Assembly: GCA_963675755.2 (NCBI GenBank)
Contig: CAXXMD010000002.1
Span: 896,001-960,000 of the forward strand
Origin: a bacterium
Lineage (GTDB): Bacteria > Zhuqueibacterota > Zhuqueibacteria > Residuimicrobiales > Krinioviventaceae
Reading direction: 5' to 3'
DNA length: 64,000 nucleotides
Positions within the stretch are counted from its first letter, which is position 1. Each line of letters starts with the position of its first letter. The translations under genes and the position numbers were made by a program. Under the pieces are notes generated by a model. That model saw only the letters and a list, made by a program, of their open reading frames with translations, was not told where the DNA came from and ran no database searches. This document shows, in pieces, positions 61,938-64,000 of this stretch.

Positions 61938-63182
61938 TTAATAAAAAACAAGACTTGAAAAAGAAACAAAAGAGTTATTTCCCATATCTGCAGTTTGATA
62001 ATCAACTAGATGCCCCGATTCGGGCGTTAAAAGCTCCAAAAGCGTGGTAATCGCTGAATATCCACAAATGTGGTAAAAATCGTTAGTAGATTGAATAATT
62101 TCCTGAAATCGCTCATTGTCCCAACCAATGAGTGATTGTATTAATGCGTTATCGTTAGCTTTCATTCTAGTTAAAAAGGATTTATCAACATTATGTGTAT
62201 TGTCATAATTTTGCCCAACATGCGCAAAATCCGCACTTGCGATGTAACAAACCCTCCCCTTGTATGTACTTAGAGCCTGTTTCAAACTGGTAACAAAATC
62301 ATTAAAAATAAGTTTATAATGTTCAAATCCCTTTTCAAAAATCATTGGAGAAAAAGAACACAATACAGGTAATATTTTAGCATCGGGATTAAGATATTTC
62401 AAGAATACAGTTTGAAATTCAATACTATGCTCATTTTTATGGACAAATTCATCATCCATAAAATCCGTTTGTGATGAACTTGATATTTGCTTAACTAAAT
62501 TCTTGTCAGTTTTTACAGTACCCAATGGAGTTTTAAAATCTTTTTCAGTTAACGCAAACAAATTCTTTAACCCCATATGCCCTATTCCAAATACAATATA
62601 TAAATCGGCACCGCTTTTATCTTTTAAACAATGATAGGCATGTACAAAACTTTTGGCACCCAGTTGTAGATCAATATGTGGAGCAATGATAGCTTTGGGA
62701 GATTTATCAAAAGGCTGTATAAAAGTAGAATTTGTATTTTTAAACAAATCATCTAAAAAAGATTCAAGTTCAACAGCGTTAGACGGGTAACTGCTGCCTG
62801 CACACGAAGGCAATCTTTCAGGCAATTGACGATATTCTGATTTAATTCTCTGCAGTTCTTGAGAAAATTGCAGTGAATTCAGCATAAAAGATTGATCAAG
62901 ATGTTTGATAAACTCCTGAATCTTGGTTTCAGGCACATTTTCATCAAAACTCTTTTTATAGATTTCCCAAATATCTTTTTTTGAATGAGAACCATCAAAA
63001 AATTGTAATAAATAAGCATAATCCTGAGTAATTAATAATTCAGTATCACTGATATCAAGGGTATCATAGAGTACAATATATTGAATACCATTTTGTTTGG
63101 TTGAGGTGAAATCAATTCCGGAACGAAGTTGAGGACAATAAATACTACTATTTAATTCAAATATGCGTTGCTCAATACTCAA
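61938..63182 (-). CDS. amrB: AmmeMemoRadiSam system protein B (MEMO1 family) with N-terminal wHTH/RRE-like extension
   Basis: AGSSYP, IAPHID, H..EHSIEFQ, ASADFAHVG, ICG. Confidence 0.85.
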   Translation of the reverse strand: MSIEQRIFELNSSIYCPQLRSGIDFTSTKQNGIQYIVLYDTLDISDTELLITQDYAYLLQFFDGSHSKKDIWEIYKKSFDENVPETKIQEFIKHLDQSFMLNSLQFSQELQRIKSEYRQLPERLPSCAGSSYPSNAVELESFLDDLFKNTNSTFIQPFDKSPKAIIAPHIDLQLGAKSFVHAYHCLKDKSGADLYIVFGIGHMGLKNLFALTEKDFKTPLGTVKTDKNLVKQISSSSQTDFMDDEFVHKNEHSIEFQTVFLKYLNPDAKILPVLCSFSPMIFEKGFEHYKLIFNDFVTSLKQALSTYKGRVCYIASADFAHVGQNYDNTHNVDKSFLTRMKANDNALIQSLIGWDNERFQEIIQSTNDFYHICGYSAITTLLELLTPESGHLVDYQTADMGNNSFVSFSSLVFY

Positions 63183-63190
63183 ACTACTTT

Positions 63191-64000
63191 TTATCCTCTG
63201 TAATGTGATGAATTAGTATGGGCATATGGACTGATTATGGGAATTTGAATTTCATCACCGGGTTTAAGGTTATTCCATTTCAAATCCTTATTATAATAAG
63301 CAACCAGCCAATATGGAACATTAAATTTATATTTACAGAGATACCATATATTATCACCTGACTTTATCTGATAATTCTTTGTTCCAACAATAGAATAATC
63401 AGTATAGAATTTTTTTTGAAGATTGTCATGAAATTCAAGACGTTTGGATTCAAAATCTTCTTTGGATTGATTTACAAAATCAATCCTCAACTTTTGCCCA
63501 ACATGTATGCTACTTTTATAACTGATACGATTCAGCTTGCGAAGATGTCTTGAAGAGACATTTAACCAGTCAGCATAATGACCAAGCGTCTCATTTGGTA
63601 AAACCGTGATCCATTTTGAATTTTGAATTTCAAAGTTCAAAGATTTTTTTATATGTTCAAAAGGAACAACAATATTTTCTGCAAATGCCTCTGGCAGTTC
63701 TGGTCCCAAATGTGTTGTATTGGTATATGCGAAAAACATTGAATCTGGAGCATTTCTCACAATCGCTTTGGATTGATTTATGGACCGCTTGGCTGGAATT
63801 CTAGGACTTTTAGGTTTTTCCGGCTTTATAATATTGTCTGTAACCATTAAAGCTGTTTTACCAGTGGGTACCGGGGATTCCTGAATATGATCAGGATTAA
63901 TAAAATCATAAAATCCGGGGTCCGAGATTTTTGTTTGAATGCTTGTAAAAGCGGTATTTTCAGGTAAAACATCTTTTAACTGAAATACCAAAGTTGAAGA
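63191..64000 (-). CDS. LysM-domain protein, C-terminal part (5' end outside the window; possibly an MltD-like lytic transglycosylase)
   Basis: ETLGHYADWL...LRKLN..I.VGQKL and Y.IKSGDNIW...LKPGD.I.IP LysM repeats; frame is open to the window edge. Confidence 0.75.
   Translation of the reverse strand, partial: SSTLVFQLKDVLPENTAFTSIQTKISDPGFYDFINPDHIQESPVPTGKTALMVTDNIIKPEKPKSPRIPAKRSINQSKAIVRNAPDSMFFAYTNTTHLGPELPEAFAENIVVPFEHIKKSLNFEIQNSKWITVLPNETLGHYADWLNVSSRHLRKLNRISYKSSIHVGQKLRIDFVNQSKEDFESKRLEFHDNLQKKFYTDYSIVGTKNYQIKSGDNIWYLCKYKFNVPYWLVAYYNKDLKWNNLKPGDEIQIPIISPYAHTNSSHYRG

Noticed and set aside
239-63804. Many 60-165 aa antisense or out-of-frame ORFs in the track (e.g. 25636-26133, 45130-45567, 16629-17015, 47828-48082)
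   Set aside because: They are shadow ORFs overlapping well-supported genes and have no recognisable motifs
1-64000. CRISPR arrays, tRNA/rRNA, IS elements, prophage or defence genes
   Set aside because: No spaced repeats, cloverleafs, transposases, integrases or phage genes seen; the sirtuin, MazG, HIT and cyclase look like housekeeping types

Overview
AT-rich (roughly 35% GC by eye) bacterial chromosomal window, almost fully coding. It is probably from an FCB-group diderm such as KSB1/Calditrichota; this is an inference from the PorV-like, T9SS-CTD and PorW-like genes together with gcvPA/gcvPB and a group-II ECF module. I saw no tRNA, rRNA, CRISPR array, prophage or IS element. Left arm (minus strand): a porV-led outer-membrane/secretion operon preceded by a candidate ~200-nt structured leader RNA with a terminator; gcvPA-gcvH-accC-accB-efp-gatB-gatA; two tatA genes; then pssA-psd-purC-purB-htrA-fsa-truA-ecfT. 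The 17.0-22.4 kb stretch is full of single-base indels, most likely sequencing error. Middle: OPT transporter + standalone PqqD/RRE + degenerate M29 peptidase, a REC-GGDEF/HK/RR cluster, gcvPB, an atypical acyl-CoA ligase, EF-G2, HIT, mazG, adenylate cyclase + PorV-like-barrel/TPR protein flanked by shared motifs, cobB, a TPR lipoprotein, pyrK-pyrD, rlpA and cdsA. Right arm: rubredoxin, CAT-like, PfpI, TIGR00266, queA, HADs, TauE, M29 aminopeptidase, P5C dehydrogenase, a candidate sigma54-driven lone CTD/FlgD-Ig protein, a NikR-TonB receptor-ECF S component-methyltransferase operon with a perfect GTGTTA-N15-TAACAC palindrome, MEMO1 (AmmeMemoRadiSam B) and a partial LysM protein. Best novelty candidates: the NikR/TBDR/ECF-S/MTase uptake system, the OPT-RRE-pseudopeptidase cassette, the porV leader RNA, EF-P with a KMGRG loop, and the cyclase/barrel-TPR cassette. 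All calls come from reading motifs by eye; no database searches were run.
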